NCBI RefSeq assembly: GCF_036321535.1
Contig: NC_087438.1
Coordinates: 11,842,001 to 11,906,000, forward strand
DNA length: 64,000 bases
Origin: Camelus dromedarius
Lineage: Eukaryota
Reading direction: 5' to 3'
A model generated the notes under the pieces. It did no database searches. It had not been told where the DNA came from and was given only the letters and a program-made list of their open reading frames with translations. Below are positions 28,511-42,820 of this stretch, piece by piece. A program made the position numbers and the translations under genes. Numbering within the stretch: position 1 is the stretch's first letter; each line of letters begins with the position of its first letter.

Positions 28511-29163
28511 ATTAATTTAAGGAAACACATATTTTGCTAACAAAATAATTAAAAAGAAAGAGCAACAGTGATGTGTGTCACAGGAACTTCTTTTCTTCAA
28601 GGCAGCAGGTGGTAGGAACCTCCAGTACAGCAACTAGATTTCATGCAAATAAATGTGTTCTGCCAACTTCACTATCTGAACAGAGTAGAAAAGAGAGGAA
28701 GATGGCCATCTGTTCGAGAAAGGGGGAAAGGAAGGGATTTATAAGTGTCCAAATGTGTTCTCAAATAAACCATGTGCTCAGAGCAGGTCAAACGTATGTA
28801 GGTTGTCTACAAGGGCCCCTTCTGAGTCCGGGTGCAGATCTTTAGAGATGAAATCATGCCCTCTAACTGTCTTGCTTAAATCACTTTTTCCTTGGCTCCA
28901 GACACAAGTGAAAACAAGCTAATGAGAACTTGAATTCCAAGAGCCTGCTCTATCATAAACATATTTTCCAAATGGCTAGAAAATCTGCAAAATTTCTAAC
29001 CATGTTTTCACATCAGAATTTCATCACCACAAGACTGATGATTCAAACGGACATGTGACCCAATCTGTAATCTGATACCAATTTAGTCACAGGGTCACCT
29101 TTATATACAGAGTAGACACCCCTTTCCTAATTCAGCAACATAACCACAAAAATGAATATTTGA

Positions 29164-30033
29164 CCTCACATGGGTCAAAATAGCCATTATTAAAAAGCCG
29201 ACAAATGATAAATGCTGGAAAGGTTGTGGAGAAAAGAGAACCCTCCTACACTGTTGATGGGAATTAGTTTGGTGCAACCACTATGGAAAATAGTTGGAGA
29301 TTCTTTTAAAAACTGAATACAGAGTTACCATATGACCCAACAATCCCAATCCTGGGCATGTATCCAGAGAAAACTCTAATTTGAAAAGATACATGTACCA
29401 CAGTGTTCATAGCAAAACTATTTACAACAGCCAAGACATGTAAGCGAGAGATGACTGGATAAAGAAGATGTGAGATAGANNNNNNNNNNNNNNNNNNNNN
29501 NNNNNNNNNNNNNNNNNNNNNNNNNNNNNNNNNNNNNNNNNNNNNNNNNNNNNNNNNNNNNNNNNNNNNNNNNNNNNNNNNNNNNNNNNNNNNNNNNNNN
29601 NNNNNNNNNNNNNNNNNNNNNNNNNNNNNNNNNNNNNNNNNNNNNNGAGATTATCACAATAAGTGAAAGAAGTCAGAGAAAGATAAATATCATATGATAT
29701 CACTTATATGTGGAATCTAAAAAATAATGACACAAATGAACTTATTTGCAAAACAGAAACAGACTCATATACAAGAAAACAAACTTATGGTTACCAAAAG
29801 GGATAGGGGGAAGGGGAGAGATAAATTAGGAGTTTGGGATTAGCAGATACAAACTTATATACAGAATAGATAAACAACAATGTCCTACTGTACAGCACAG
29901 GGAACTACATTCAATATCTTGTAATAATCAATAATGAAAAAGAATATGAAAAAAAGATATATATGTATAACCGAATCACTATGCTTATACACCAGAAACT
30001 AACACAGCATTGTAAATCAACTATACTACAATT
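29164..30033 (+). mobile_element. L1 3' end (older laurasiatherian/artiodactyl subfamily), 5'-truncated
   Basis: 'tgataaatgctggaaaggttgtggagaaaagagaaccctcctacactgttg' through 'tgtaaatcaactatactacaattaaaaa'; possible TSD aaaaat(g)aatatttga at 29148-29163 / 30034-30048; N gap 29480-29646. Confidence 0.9.
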
Positions 30034-30842
30034 AAAAATAATATTTGAATTAAATGAATTTAAATATGACCCTGGAAGTTCAAGTTCACGTTTGGGCTCA
30101 GAAAATTGTTAAAATGAAGACTGTTATTATTTGTCAAGTATTTGCACTCTCTGGCTGACTTCTAAATTCATTGATTGGCTACAGCACCCTAAGAAAGCAA
30201 ACTAAAGTGCATCAGAATTTGGAGGCTAGCAGAGGATTTGGGAAAGAAAATATTGCCTGAGGATAGAGAGGAGAAGAGGAGAAAAAGGTGCAGTTTTCTT
30301 AATCTCCCAGGAGGCCACTGTCATTTCCTAGGCGTGGTTACTGCTGAGAGCTTGAGGGAAAAAGAGGCTCTGATTGGTGTCACTAGTCACTAGGGAGGAG
30401 AAACTAGGGAAAGAAAAAGTGCACAAGGAAGAGGAAACCCTGGCTATTGCAGGGACACGGGCCAACGGGAATGTCTCACTGTTGTCCGGGCACTTCTGTG
30501 AGATCCCAGGAGTATGCTACCCACCCCGCCCCCACACCTCTTTCCCTTCAGCAAACACCATTAAGCACCTACTGTATGCCAGGGAGTGCTAGGCACTCTG
30601 GGTATCACAGTGAATAAAGAACAGCTCTAATCTGTGTCAAAGTTCAATTCCAAGAACTGCTACACAGCATTCAGACATGTGGATTCTACTGCATCCCTAA
30701 GAAACCCCATCTTCCCAAGCAAAGCCCAGATTCCTATGGCACAGATTCTGTCACTGGGTTTTGTGCTCCTAGAAGAAAATGGTTTTTTCCTTACATTAAG
30801 CCTAGTGCATCTCACCTAACATGTGCTCACAGCCTACTGTGC

Positions 30843-30890
30843 ATAAATAAATCAATAAATATTGATTTATTTATCAATAAATAAATTGAT
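30843..30890. repeat. Overlapping AT-rich palindromes (15-bp and 10-bp perfect stems, 2-nt loops)
   Basis: ataaataaatcaata-aa-tattgatttatttat (30843-30874) and atttatttat-ca-ataaataaat (30865-30886). Confidence 0.9.
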
Positions 30891-33191
30891 TTGCATTTGT
30901 GTGGTTATTTCAATGGAGAATCTTAAAATATTTTATAATTACAAAATATATCACACCAAGAGTCTATGATGATAAATACTATGATGTATATATATTTATT
31001 ATGTGTATTATTTAAAGAATAATACTATAATAAACAATTAAAATGCAGCTCAACAAATAGAAGATTTCCAAGATTTGAAGCCCTCTATGCATTTCCCGAA
31101 TGGCCTCCCAATTTCACTCCCACACGATAGTAACTAGTATCATTGCTTACAACCTTGGTGTCATATTAGACTCCAACTTCTCCTTTATTCTCAAATTCTA
31201 CTGGCTACACTGTCTTGTCTTGGTGGTGGAAATGTACCCCCTCCCTCCAAAGGACACTTCCATGGCTGGCTCTGTTTTCAACTTCCATTATCTCTTCTAG
31301 ATTATAATATTTGCTCTCTTCACCAGCTAAGTTTTTAATTCACATTTTGCTAATTACATGAACCTTCACTGTGGTTTTACTTTTGTAGAAGAACAGCCTG
31401 AGCAGTGCGATAACTTTGAGGTTTGTTTCAGCTCATTTCCCGGATGCTGATATTATACTGTCCTCTATCGGTACATACAGTGCACACAAAGGAACTGTGG
31501 CAATAGACCTCATGCTTCTTTCATTGATTTGTACAAATGAAAGCTGCTGGCAGTACGTCAACCATTATTATTGATCATCTCCTTGTACAGGGCACTGAGT
31601 GAGATGCTGAGGGGCATATAGAGATGTGTAAACCAGAACCATGTAGTCTAGAGTCAAGACAATCAATTCCATTGGTAACAATGGTGAGTACTTCAAATCT
31701 TTGTTATGTTTATGGGGACTCACAGACAGAATTGTTCATCATCTTTTGTCTCACTAGCCTTAACTGGACCCACTAATATATTACACACACCCACTTTATA
31801 AATCCACAAATATTCTCATTTTTTAATCCTAGTTCAAAAGGTATTTTGTTTTATCACATCCATAACCCTGAGTATAAAGAACAGACAGCAAAGTTCACTG
31901 GCCTTCAGAATGACTCTAAATGCTTCTTTAGACCTTTTTAAATCTATCACATGTTTCCAGGGACATTGACTTTACCGACTACTTAAGGGAAAGTTTTGAA
32001 ATGCTTGCCCTCAAAAGGTATTGTCATCCCATACGCAAATGAAATGTGTAGTATCTCACTTTTCCATATTGAAACATACACTATGTTTCTGTGAAGCTGG
32101 AGTAAACAATTTTAATGGGCTGAGAGTGACTGGGTAATCTGGTTCCTTTGCATTACCGGGCAACTGAATGAGATGATTACTGTTTGGGAAGCCATCCTGG
32201 AGAGGGAAGGAATTCTGCGAATGTGCCTGGAACACAGGGCTGGTCCTGGTCCACCCCGAAGCAGGATCTGGCTTGTCTGATTTCTCAGAGTGTGCGGGAG
32301 CTCACACTTACGTCACGATTTAAAAATTAGTCCTTTGTATTTCTCATTATGCAGTCAAAGGAGAAACTGAGTCACCATTAATGGTGTGTCAACTAGGAAA
32401 AGAAGTGACAGTGTGTGAGAGATGGAGTCTAATCAGAGCAGTCAAAATTTTGGTGACCGTGGTTCACCCTTAGGGTCAGCAGCTGCTGCATCTTTCATCC
32501 AAACCACCTCAACTGATTGTCTGTCTCATTAGTTTCTTACCACGTTCAATGGAGTTACAAAAAACAAACAAAACATACCTAGCAAATGCTGTTGACTTGG
32601 AAACTCATTATTTCAGACTAATTGGCAATAAAAAAAGAAGAGATTTGGAGAACATGGTTTAATACTAAGAGAGTAAACTGTAATAGTCTCATTTGACATG
32701 GGACGTCCCCACATCACAGGAAACCCAAGTCCCAGACAAACTCAGATGGCTGTTTACTCTGGGAGGTGTAGATCAGGAACACGGGGTTGAATTGATAGAT
32801 TTTTCCTCTTGAAATGAAAACAAAGTGCATCTTTACAAAAGGTAAAAACTAAATTCCTTAAATGAATTCATTGTTCATTCATCAGTTTTCTTAGTAAATC
32901 ATCCAGAATGACTTCTCAAACATCTAATCCAGAACAAAGCTGTCAGAACACCTACAATAAAAGTGCCCAGTGAAAATGTGGTTTGAATGTTTGACAAGCA
33001 TTTCATCATCAGAGAGGTGATGCAACTTCTGTGACTTATATCATGTACATGTGTTGAAAATTCCAGCATAAGTAGAGAATAACATAGTCAGTCATTTTTC
33101 CTCTCTTAAAAAAATTTTTGATGACTATTTTCTTGACTGATGACTAATAAATCAGTTACCCTTTCTGTCCACCTCATGACCTATCACCACA

Positions 33192-33586
33192 TATATGAGT
33201 CAGGTTCTCTACAGAAGCAGAACCAATAAGATCTGTGCACCCAGAAAGAGATTTTAAGGACCTGGCTTTCCTGAATATGGAGACTGGCAAGTTCAAACTC
33301 TGCAGGATTGGCTGGCAGGCTGGAGACCCAGGGAAGAGCTGCAATTTGAGTCTGAAGGCAATCCGCTGGCAGAATTCCCTCTTCTCCTTGGGGAGTAGGC
33401 CTTCAACTGATTGGACATGGCCCACCCATCCACATTACAGAGGGTGATTGGCTTCACTTAAAGTCTACTGACTTAAATGTTAGCCTCTTCACAAAAATAG
33501 CTTCACTGAAACATCTAAAATAATACTTGACAAAATATCTGAGTACTGTGGTCTAGCCAAGCTAACACAGAAAATTAACCATCATA
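33192..33586 (-). mobile_element. ERVL solo LTR (MLT2-type)
   Basis: 'tgagtcaggttctctacagaagcagaaccaataag...ggccttcaactgattggac...ctagccaagctaacacagaaaattaaccatcata'. Confidence 0.85.
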
Positions 33587-35698
33587 TGACCCAGGGGCTT
33601 AACCTCTCAATAAGGGACACTTACCCAGGACTTGATGAACTATGGGTGAAAATGAGACATCCTGCCAGTTGAAACTCAAGCTACTTTTCCAGAAATTATA
33701 CTCAATTCAGTATTAGCCAAAGATGAGTAGGAAATTCCTGCTTTAACTTGTTTAGTTTTATTATAACAAACAGGTAAATGATAATTTACATCATAAACTT
33801 GCACACTCTTTGAAAAAGAGTCTCATAAAATGAGACTTCAAGGAAAAGTTTACGTTCCCATGAGCCTCCTTGGGCTAGGTGCCCCGGGCTCTCCCAGAGA
33901 CAATTCTGCTTAAATTTACATTTCTTTGCCATTAGATATAAAAGCTTAAGAAGAATTGCTTTGGAGCTTCACCTCGGTCATCAAAAGCTCTTGGTCACCT
34001 TGAGTAGGAAATTTCCATTGTCTGCCTCAGTGAAGCCAGACCACTTGGCATTCCTAGGCTAGAACAGTTTCCCCTGCCTTCAGCAAAGAAAATAGGGAGA
34101 TGATTGGGCTCATTCATTCTTAACCGAGTAGGCAAAGGAGTTTACCAGGTCTGTGAGCACAGAGGCCTGAGTCCACAGTTGGCTCTGTACCCACCCCCTT
34201 CCTGACCACTGCAGACACAGAGATGGGAAGCAGAGTGGGTTGTACAGAGATCCATCACTGAGAAACAAGCTCAGGACAAGTGTACTCAGCAGGAGGAGTC
34301 TTTGAATTCACGTTTCCAATGAGAACGACAGCATACACATTCATTCACCCGACGCACATCTACGGAGCACTTACTGTATACTAGCAGCACCCTACCAGGT
34401 ACATGGGTTCGGGTACAGGTTACGTTTGGTTCCTTCTCCCAGGAGGTTTGCTGGGATTCAAGCAGGCGAACAAGTGTGAGGGAGAAGCATCAGCTGGTGC
34501 CTCATCCTAAGTGTGTCTGTTACATGATTGAATTTGATCATCCATTTTGAGGCTTAGTGGAAAACCAATTGTAGAAAGCCTTTCATTTAAAATGAAAAAA
34601 ACTCAATGACTTCCTCCTCCTAGAAATTTAGAGGGGAAAACCCCTATTATCTAATAAATTATCTGCATTAAAAATGCATTAGTCATCAATCTTCATACCA
34701 TCTGGTGACAGCTACATTGCTTATTTAAAAACAACACAGTCCCCTTCCTTGGAGCATGCTTTTTATGGTTCTTCTAAAAGAAACTCATTAAACTCAGCTA
34801 TAGAAGAAGGTAAACTGCTTTACAGTAAATTAGAATGTTATAAATAAGAGAATGCTTTGCATATTTTAGCTGCCATTTTAATTTAAGGTGGAATGCATTG
34901 CTGCCCAATATGTCTATTGCAAAAACCTAAAGAACATAGTCCTTGTAGTTGATGGTAAACGCTAGAGAGAAGACCAGCCCCAGCGTTTATTTTTCCTATG
35001 CATCCAACTCAGCGACAGAGGATCCTAAGGTGCCCCGTGAACTGCCCACAAAGATGACATTTTCCTCCTTCCTTTGAAGGTCAGTGAGCCCGCTGTCATG
35101 GTGTCCACATTACTCATCGTTCGAGGGGCAGGTGCTTCAGAAGGCACGTTGGCTCCTGTAATAAATACTGATATGTGGCATTTTACTCTTGAGCGCCTGT
35201 TTCCATGGGTCAGTCCAGAGTTTCAGGAAATTCAAAAAATATTGTTGAAAACTGATTAGTTATGGATTTGTGTGTTTCAAATTTCTGCATTTGGTGCTGA
35301 AGAGTCATTATTTACAAAACAGAAGAAGCTAAAGCCCCACAAATGATTTGTTACTCCTTCTAGAAGACAGTTCACTCTGTCTCCATGCCCTGAGGGATCA
35401 AGTAGAAAGACTTGTCTGTAAACAGAGACCTATCACAGGACGTCACAGAATCCGTGGAATACAAACATTTCCTTGGCAAGAACTTCAGGAAAAGCAGGCA
35501 CAGTCCCTAAATCAAGAAGACACACCACCCACACAGCGGGGAGCATCTCACTCCTCACCCAGACTCGCCTGATTCAGAGCCACTCACTGCCATTGCCACT
35601 GCCACTGCCATCTGTGGTTTAGTGCCTTTCATCAGCATCCCCTGCGCTCTTAAATACATTCACACATAAACTGAAAGGAAGTGATCAAGACACTGTTG

Positions 35699-35700
<2 letters not shown>

Positions 35701-35730
<30 letters not shown>
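35701..35730. repeat. (GT)15 microsatellite
   Basis: 30 nt perfect GT dinucleotide run. Confidence 0.98.
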
Positions 35731-35732
<2 letters not shown>

Positions 35733-35959
35733 TCCTAAGCCTGGTACCAAAAGGAACGTCCCTGAAGTTATGAAGTTTGTCCATATTTGTGACGAGGGAT
35801 CTGCCTTGGGCACATCTCCAGGAGCACGAGTGTGCAACAGAATTGGGGAAAGAGGGTATCAGAATGTTTTCAGATGCAGAATTCTACCTGATCAATCAAA
35901 AGTAGCTCAAACAACAAAGACATTCATCTCATAAAGCAAGACCAGAAGAAGTGTGAGTC

Positions 35960-36140
35960 CCAGATTGGTGCGCCAGTTCAATGACAGAGTCCAAGGCTTC
36001 ATTCATTCTTCTGCTCTGTCCTAAACGATGCCGGAACATCCACCCTTGGGACTGCAAGAGGGCTGCTGCAGACCCAGGCATCACCTACAGCCATGACCAC
36101 GTCCAGTGAAAAATATTGGTACTTCCTCCTGTGACTCTCT
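35960..36140 (-). mobile_element. MaLR LTR fragment (MLT1J-L-like)
   Basis: 'gttcaatgacagagtccaaggc...gcaagagggctgctgcagacccaggcatcac' resembles reverse-strand old MLT1. Confidence 0.5.
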
Positions 36141-37559
36141 TCTTATTAGGAAGTCAAACTTTTCTTAAGATCCTTCACACATACATGCAGCATCTTGTCC
36201 TCGTATGTCCCTTTTGCTAGCTCCAAGAGACTCTTAAAGAAAAGGTAGGAGCATATCTGGCATGTGTATGCCATGGTGGGAAGATGGATCTGCCGGGAAA
36301 CAAGAAGCCTTGGGGCAGAGCCAGGGATTGAATGGCTGTTTAGTAAACAGCCAACACTGGCTCTCCCCAGGGATTGGGACTGGAAGAGAAGAATGAAAGA
36401 ATGTTTCTTGCCTGAAACCTGAATGGCCTCTCTGGTATTCATTTTGGAAATTACTGTCTCCACATATCTAGACATACCTCTGAGACAAAGGTCCAGGTAC
36501 ATCACCCTTTTTGGTCACTACTTAAGGACATCAAAGGCATTTTGCATCTTCCTAGGGACCAGGAAAAACCTTGGAAGGCATTTTGTTCTTAAGCGCATAC
36601 ACCAAAGTGAAATTTTGTGTAATGGTGGGTAGAGTCCGCCAAGCACACTGAGTCAACTCTGGGGCTCACCTGGGTTTCCACTGAGGGTAGTGGAACTGAA
36701 AGAAAGTGAACAAAGGCACCATTAGAGAAATTAATTTACCCTAGTGCTGGTGAAGCCTGCAACTTTGTGGGTAAGGAGAATTAACAAGGAACACCAGCAA
36801 GTAATGGCTGAAGCAGGGGCTTAGAAGTCAGAATCTGGGCTTGAGTCCAAATTGAGTCCACGGATCATGGTACCACCTTGGACAAAGCACTAGGGTCAGT
36901 GTGGGGTCGCCAGGACATTGTTTAAACAGTGTGTGGCATGTTCTGAGTCAGCAGCAAGAGGAAATAAGTATTATCCACACACAGGGCACTGGCAGATTCA
37001 GGCTGCACAGAAGTTAGATCTCTAACACTCACTGACACCCGTGACTAGGGGAAGACACTGCAGTGGCTGGCAAGTCTACAAACTTCCATGGCAATGCTAC
37101 TTCTGTGGAGAGGAGAAGGGGATCTCCTGGACCCCACTAGCCCTCCTCTCTGCCCCTCTTAGTCCTTCTCCCTCCCTTTCCCTCAGCCCTTATGTTTCTG
37201 GTTCTTTCATGGGGTCATGCGCTGCTCAAGCTTGTTCCTTCAACCTGTGTTCTATGCCCTGATTCTTCTCTAATCTTTGCACTTCATTAAAACTTACCTC
37301 CCTTGCATACTGTTACTTCCAGGACTGACAGTTCACCTAAATACTGTCCAGCTAAGATGCTAGCTGATTCAGGGTCAAGAAGTTCCCCTCTTCCCCTCCC
37401 ATCTCCCAGTTGGTACTCTCAGTTTACAGGGGGGTTCTATGTTTACTTGCAGGAAATTCAAACATGGGAAGATTTCTACTGTCCTGAAATCTTCATTCTG
37501 TTCTGTCTGCAGCTCAGGCAAGAGTTCTCATGGGAAAATATCATTCTTTTGCTTTAGAG

Positions 37560-38200
37560 GCAATATAGCCAGAGTGGATAGCAACGCAGGCTCCAAGGTC
37601 AGGGCGTCTGGGTTCATATCCTGGTTGTACACTTGCTAATTGTGTGAAGTTGGGCAAGTTAATTAACATCTCTGCGCCCAAATGTTCACACAAGATGGAA
37701 ATAGAGAAAGAGATAGAAAGAATGGGAAAAAAAGATTACAGTAATTAATTGGATTGCTGCAAGAATTTGTGTATTATAGACTGAATGTTTGTGTCTCTCC
37801 TCCCCCCCAATTCATATGGTAAAGTCCCAGCCCGCAATGTGATGGCTTCTGGAGGCGGGGTCTTGGGGTAGTGATTAGGTTTAGATGAGGTCACCAGGAT
37901 GAGACTCCAGTGGTGGGATTACTGTCCTTCTAAGAAGGGGAAGAGAGACCAGAGTTCTGTCTCTCTCTCTCTCTCCCTTCCTCCCCTTGATGTAAGAACA
38001 CAGCAGGAGACAGCCATCTTCAAGACAGGGAGAGAGTCCTCACCAGAACCCAACCCCTCTGGCACTTTGATCTTGGAGCTTCTAGCTCCCAGAATTGAGA
38101 AATAAGTGTCTGCTGTTGAAGGTGCCTAGTCTACAGTACTTTGTTACGGCAGTGTGAGATAAGACAATGAGTTAATGCAGGGAAACAGAACAGAATGAAA
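37560..38200 (+). mobile_element. MIR SINE split by the MLT1A LTR
   Basis: 'ctgggttcatatcctggttgtacacttgctaattgtgtgaagttgggcaagttaattaacatctctg' before and 'atgagttaatgca' after the LTR. Confidence 0.65.
37772..38166 (+). mobile_element. MaLR solo LTR (MLT1A/A0-like)
   Basis: 'tattatagactgaatgtttgtgtc...aattcatatggtaaagtccc...ggcactttgatcttggagcttctagctcccagaattgagaaataag...ttgttacggcagtgtgagataagaca'. Confidence 0.88.
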
Positions 38201-41200
38201 GGCATTGAGGTATGGACGGCACTCACAGGCATCGGTCAGATGCTAACTTTCTTGGTAATAATAGGAAGGATGAGGTTTGCCGATTTAATTTTTTTAAATA
38301 TTGCATCTAAATCTTATTTATCTTGATTACTGAGTTTGTCGACACCCCCTTAAATTTGGTGCCCAAGGTAAGAGCCTTATTTATCTTACCTACTTCACTG
38401 AATATTGGTAAATGCTCAGTGACAGTTGTTATTCGTGAAGTTTAAAGATAGCTATGTATTCTTTAAAGATATTTTTATGACAAAGTTTGTTGAGGGTTAT
38501 TTTCTCAGTGGTCCAGTGAAGAAATCCATTTACAGATCCCCATCCTGGTGTTTCTGGGTCACTCACATTGTAAATGAGAGTCAGTCAGAATGGGATGACA
38601 GTAGCACAAGTTTGCCACAACATGACCCAGAGAGATGTGTGACCTGTGGGAATGGAGCCAGCCTAGGTTCAGATGGCAGAGGTTTGGCCAATTTATCTGC
38701 CTCCATCCAAATCCTCGTTGTAAACACAGAGCAAATTTGTTTTGTTTTGTTTTGTTTCCTCTGAGTCCCATTTGCCTCATTAGGCTGACCCCTTGCCTTA
38801 TCTGAGCTGGAAACTACAAAAAAGACTCTCCCTTCATGTTACAGCCCAGCCCCCACAATGGATGTCACTTCTGAATATGATGGGCATCGTGACATACATC
38901 ACCAGAAATATTTCTCCATATGATCCCCCTTGATTACCGCACCCCCTTTCTTTCAGTAAGTTGAAACCACTTTCTAATACCCACCTATCTTTACAACAGC
39001 CCCATGTATCAGACAAGAAGAGACAGTACTTCTTCTCTGTGCAAAGCAAGTTTACACCTCATCTGCTCCATGCGTAATGAGATGGTTCAAGCTAATCACT
39101 GAGACCACAATCTTGGTCTTCTGTTCACTAACCCCCCAAGCCCATCTTTCTCTCCTCACTGGTGCTCTTGCCTCCAGGGTTTGGATATCTAGAGTTCAGT
39201 TGGATCATTGGCAAAAAGGATCAAACACTTTTAACTGGGAATCCCATTCGCAGTGGGTAAAGCTCTTCGGAGCACATTTGCATCAAAGGGAATCTTGATA
39301 TTATAATCACGGCACCACCGTGATAATCATTGTGACTGTTGATCAAGAAAGAAGGAAAGGAAAGAGCAGAGGTATTGGACATTTGCTGGAGGCCAGACTC
39401 CAGAAACAGTGGGCATCTTTGTCCATGATGTCTACATGGACAGCCCAGAACAGGTCACTAGCACAAGTAGCCAGCACTGACCTCCTGTGAACAAAAAAGA
39501 ACCACCATGGAATTCTGGCTCTGCCCTAGGATTCAGGAAGTAGAATCATGGTCGAAGATGTACCCCTAAAAAGGAGTGTGACATTCAGGAACTCACACTG
39601 CTGGGGTCTTGTCTGTTGAATTACAATGTGAGGGGTTTAGACTGGACAAGTGGTTTTCTACATGGTCCCTCTGACACACAGAAGTGCAATAAGGTAACTG
39701 GGAGCAGCATGGGGAACCCCAGCCCAGGGGCTCAGGAGCTTCAAGTTCAGGCCCGAGCAGTTCCCTTTCGGTCTGAGTGATGTGTTAGGACATCACCTAA
39801 GGTTTTGTCTGGATAAAGAGCTCTGGGTTGATAATTAGGCAAACAAAACAAAAAATGGCAGAGTGGATGGTCTCAAGGCTTTCTTTCAATGTCATTAGTC
39901 AATAATGTAATAAAAAGTTAGTGATATATTTTATAAACGAACCCTCTGTCCCTGCCCTCCGGCAAAGACCTCAGAAACACAGCATCCTTGAAGAACTAGG
40001 GTTTATTACTCGTACACAGGAGGGAGGACACTGACCAGGAGGAGCCGTGGGCACCACAGTGACAGGGCCGTAGGGGCTTTGCTTGGGTGATTGGCAGAAA
40101 GGGGTGGGGGGGATGGGTAAGAGGAGGGAAGAACGTTCTAAGGAAGCAGGGGTTTGGTCTGGACTGCGTGCTGTCAGAACGTGGGGGAGTCTATGGTGGG
40201 ATATTCAAAGCTTACCTACAGGGAGGGCTGATGGAGAAAGGACAGCTTGTCTCTGGTCCAGGAGGCGCTCACTCATCTCAGCTGAGGGGGAGGAGGCTGG
40301 TGTTTCCTGGGTGCACAGAGGCCTTGTTGGTGTCACATCCGTGGTCTCAGGTGACCTTGTCCGACACTGGGGTGTCCTGTGAGGCTGTTTACATGAGCAG
40401 AACCAGGGCCCAGCATGAGCGTCAGGCCAGCTCCCAGACGTTAGGGGACGCTTTTTGTTTTCTTACCTCGCTTCAAAAGATGCGTTTTAACTTAGAGAGA
40501 AATACTTAAATCAGCACCTACCCCCTCAGAGTTCCTCAACGCAGTCAGATGCTTTTGTGAATGCGCTGAATAAACACTCCTCATGGCGTCTTGCCCGCCC
40601 CGCCCTCCCCACCCAGAGACACCGAGTGATGCTGACATGTGTCTGCCCTGGGTTCACATCCCTGAGATATTCTAGGAGATCCCAAAGAATAAACACAGAA
40701 CAAAGGAGGAGAAGGATCACGAGATGCAGACACGTGTGGAATTTTTCATTAACGTTGCTCATTGCGTCAAAAAGCCAGATGAATGAATGCAGCCTGTTTC
40801 TCCATCAGGTGATGACCAACAGGTGGGTACTTTACCATTAAGGTGAACTCCTTTTGCGGAGAAATAATTTGGAAGGTATGCGTGCCCCTGGAAGAAAATG
40901 GAACTGAAATAAAAATGCTCAATAGACAATTATTTGGGGGTAAAATGGAGAAGAAGTCATAAAGATAAATTATATTCAAGCTGTTAGTTTATATGTGTAA
41001 AAATTATTGAATTAAATAACTAAATAAAGTAAATAAATCACTTTCACATACTTACATAAACATACATGCTTTGTTTCCTTCCTTTTTTTTTTTTTAAATT
41101 ATCTATAATTTCCTTGTGGGGGTAGGTTTATTTAGTAAACTAAGTCATAAGAAAAAGGCATTTCAAACATTTTAAGTTCCTGGTCTAGATTGTCCTCATC

Positions 41201-41568
41201 CTTAGTCACTCCTGGCAGGATGATATTATTTAAGATGAGAATGACAATGGTTCATTCAGAGGAAGGAATCCTGGCTAAGGAATCAAAGACCCTTTTCCAG
41301 AACCACAACTGACTAGGAGTAAGATCTAGGGCAGAGCATTTAGCCTCTGTGGGATTCCAGTTTCCTTTGTTACCTAATGGAAGATGTGGATGAGAGATTC
41401 TTTAAGTCTCTTCTAGTGCAAATGTGCGATGATCACGTGACCCACATCCTCTCTGCGACTGAAATAGGTGCCTTCCGCTGTGGTGGGCTGACGCCCAGAC
41501 GTGAGGTCTACAATTTGGGCTCCAAAGTATGTATACTGAGCATTTGTTGGTTTTGGCTTTTCAGAGTC

Positions 41569-41985
41569 TGTATTAGTCAGGGTTCTTCAGAGAAGCAGAA
41601 GCAATTATATATAGAAGATTTATCACGGGAATTGGCTCACACAGTTCTGGAAGGCGAAAGTCCCACAGTCTGCCATCGGGAGAACCAGGGTAGCCAGTGG
41701 TATAACTCAGGCTGAGGCTGGAGACCTGAGAGCCAGAAGGCTGCCCCTCTCAGCTCAGGAAGAGTGAGGAAGTTTGCCTTTCACTTTTTTGTTTTTTTCC
41801 AGCCCTGGGCAGTGGGATGATGCCCGCCCACACTGGTGAGGGCAGGTCTTCTTGAGTCCGTCTGCTGATTCAAATGCTCCTCTCTTCGGGACACACCCTT
41901 ACAGATACACCCAGAAATAATGTTTTACCAGCTCTCTGGGCATCCCTCCACCTAGTCAAGTCGCCATATAAAATTAACCATCACA
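41569..41985 (-). mobile_element. ERVL solo LTR (MLT2B/D-like)
   Basis: 'tgtattagtcagggttcttcagagaagcagaagc...cagatacacccagaaataatgttttaccagc...aaaattaaccatcaca'. Confidence 0.88.
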
Positions 41986-42454
41986 GCATATATCACACCA
42001 TGTTGATCATCTCTGTTGAAAACCCCAGTTTTATTTGAGGATTCCCACATACACATGCCTTTAGCAGTCCAGGTGGTTTGGATGAGCGCCTCCTTCCCCT
42101 GCAGACCAATCAGAATAATTCCATCCTTTGGGCTACCACATTCGATTGGTCAATACGAGTACCTAACTCAAGTTTGCTCAGTCAAAGTGAATCTTCCAGC
42201 TTGAGAGGAGGACTGGGAAGACAACTTCAACCAGGGAGGCTAGGAGTCTGATCAAGTTTTAGAGCTAATTACCAATCTCTGAGAAATCTGAGGGAGAAAG
42301 GGACATACTAAGTACTTTGGGGATATAGTTAGCAACTGTGGCCTCTGTAGGAAAAATGATCTACTTTCCCCAACAGAAGAAAACAGAACAGAGAAAGAGA
42401 GAGAGGGGAGAGAAAGAGAAAGAAGCTATAGATATAAAGAGATCTAAAAAACCT

Positions 42455-42820
42455 ACTAACCAATCACAATGTGTGGAACTAATTTGAATAATGATTCAAA
42501 TATATAAAATAATCAAGGAAATGTGAACCAGTAGGATATGTGACAATATTAAAGAATTATTGTTAAAAATTGTAGAGGTTACAATGATATGGCAGGTATA
42601 TTTTAAGGGAGTCTTTGTCCTTTAAAAATTCATACGGAAACATCTGCAGGTGAAATAACACCTGGGACTTGCTTCAGGATAACTTGGGATGAGGAGGGAA
42701 TAGACGAAACGGCTTTTCTGGGTGTGGGTAACTGTTGAAGCAGATGATGGGAAACCACGGTTCACTAGCTCATGCTCCCTAGTTTTAGATCTACTTGAAA
42801 ATTTGAATAAAACAATTTTT
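42455..42820 (+). mobile_element. L1MC4/5-like 3' end
   Basis: 'caatgtgtggaactaatttg...tattaaagaattattgttaa...gggacttgcttcaggataa...aactgttgaagcagatgatggg...ttgaaaatttgaataaaa'. Confidence 0.7.
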
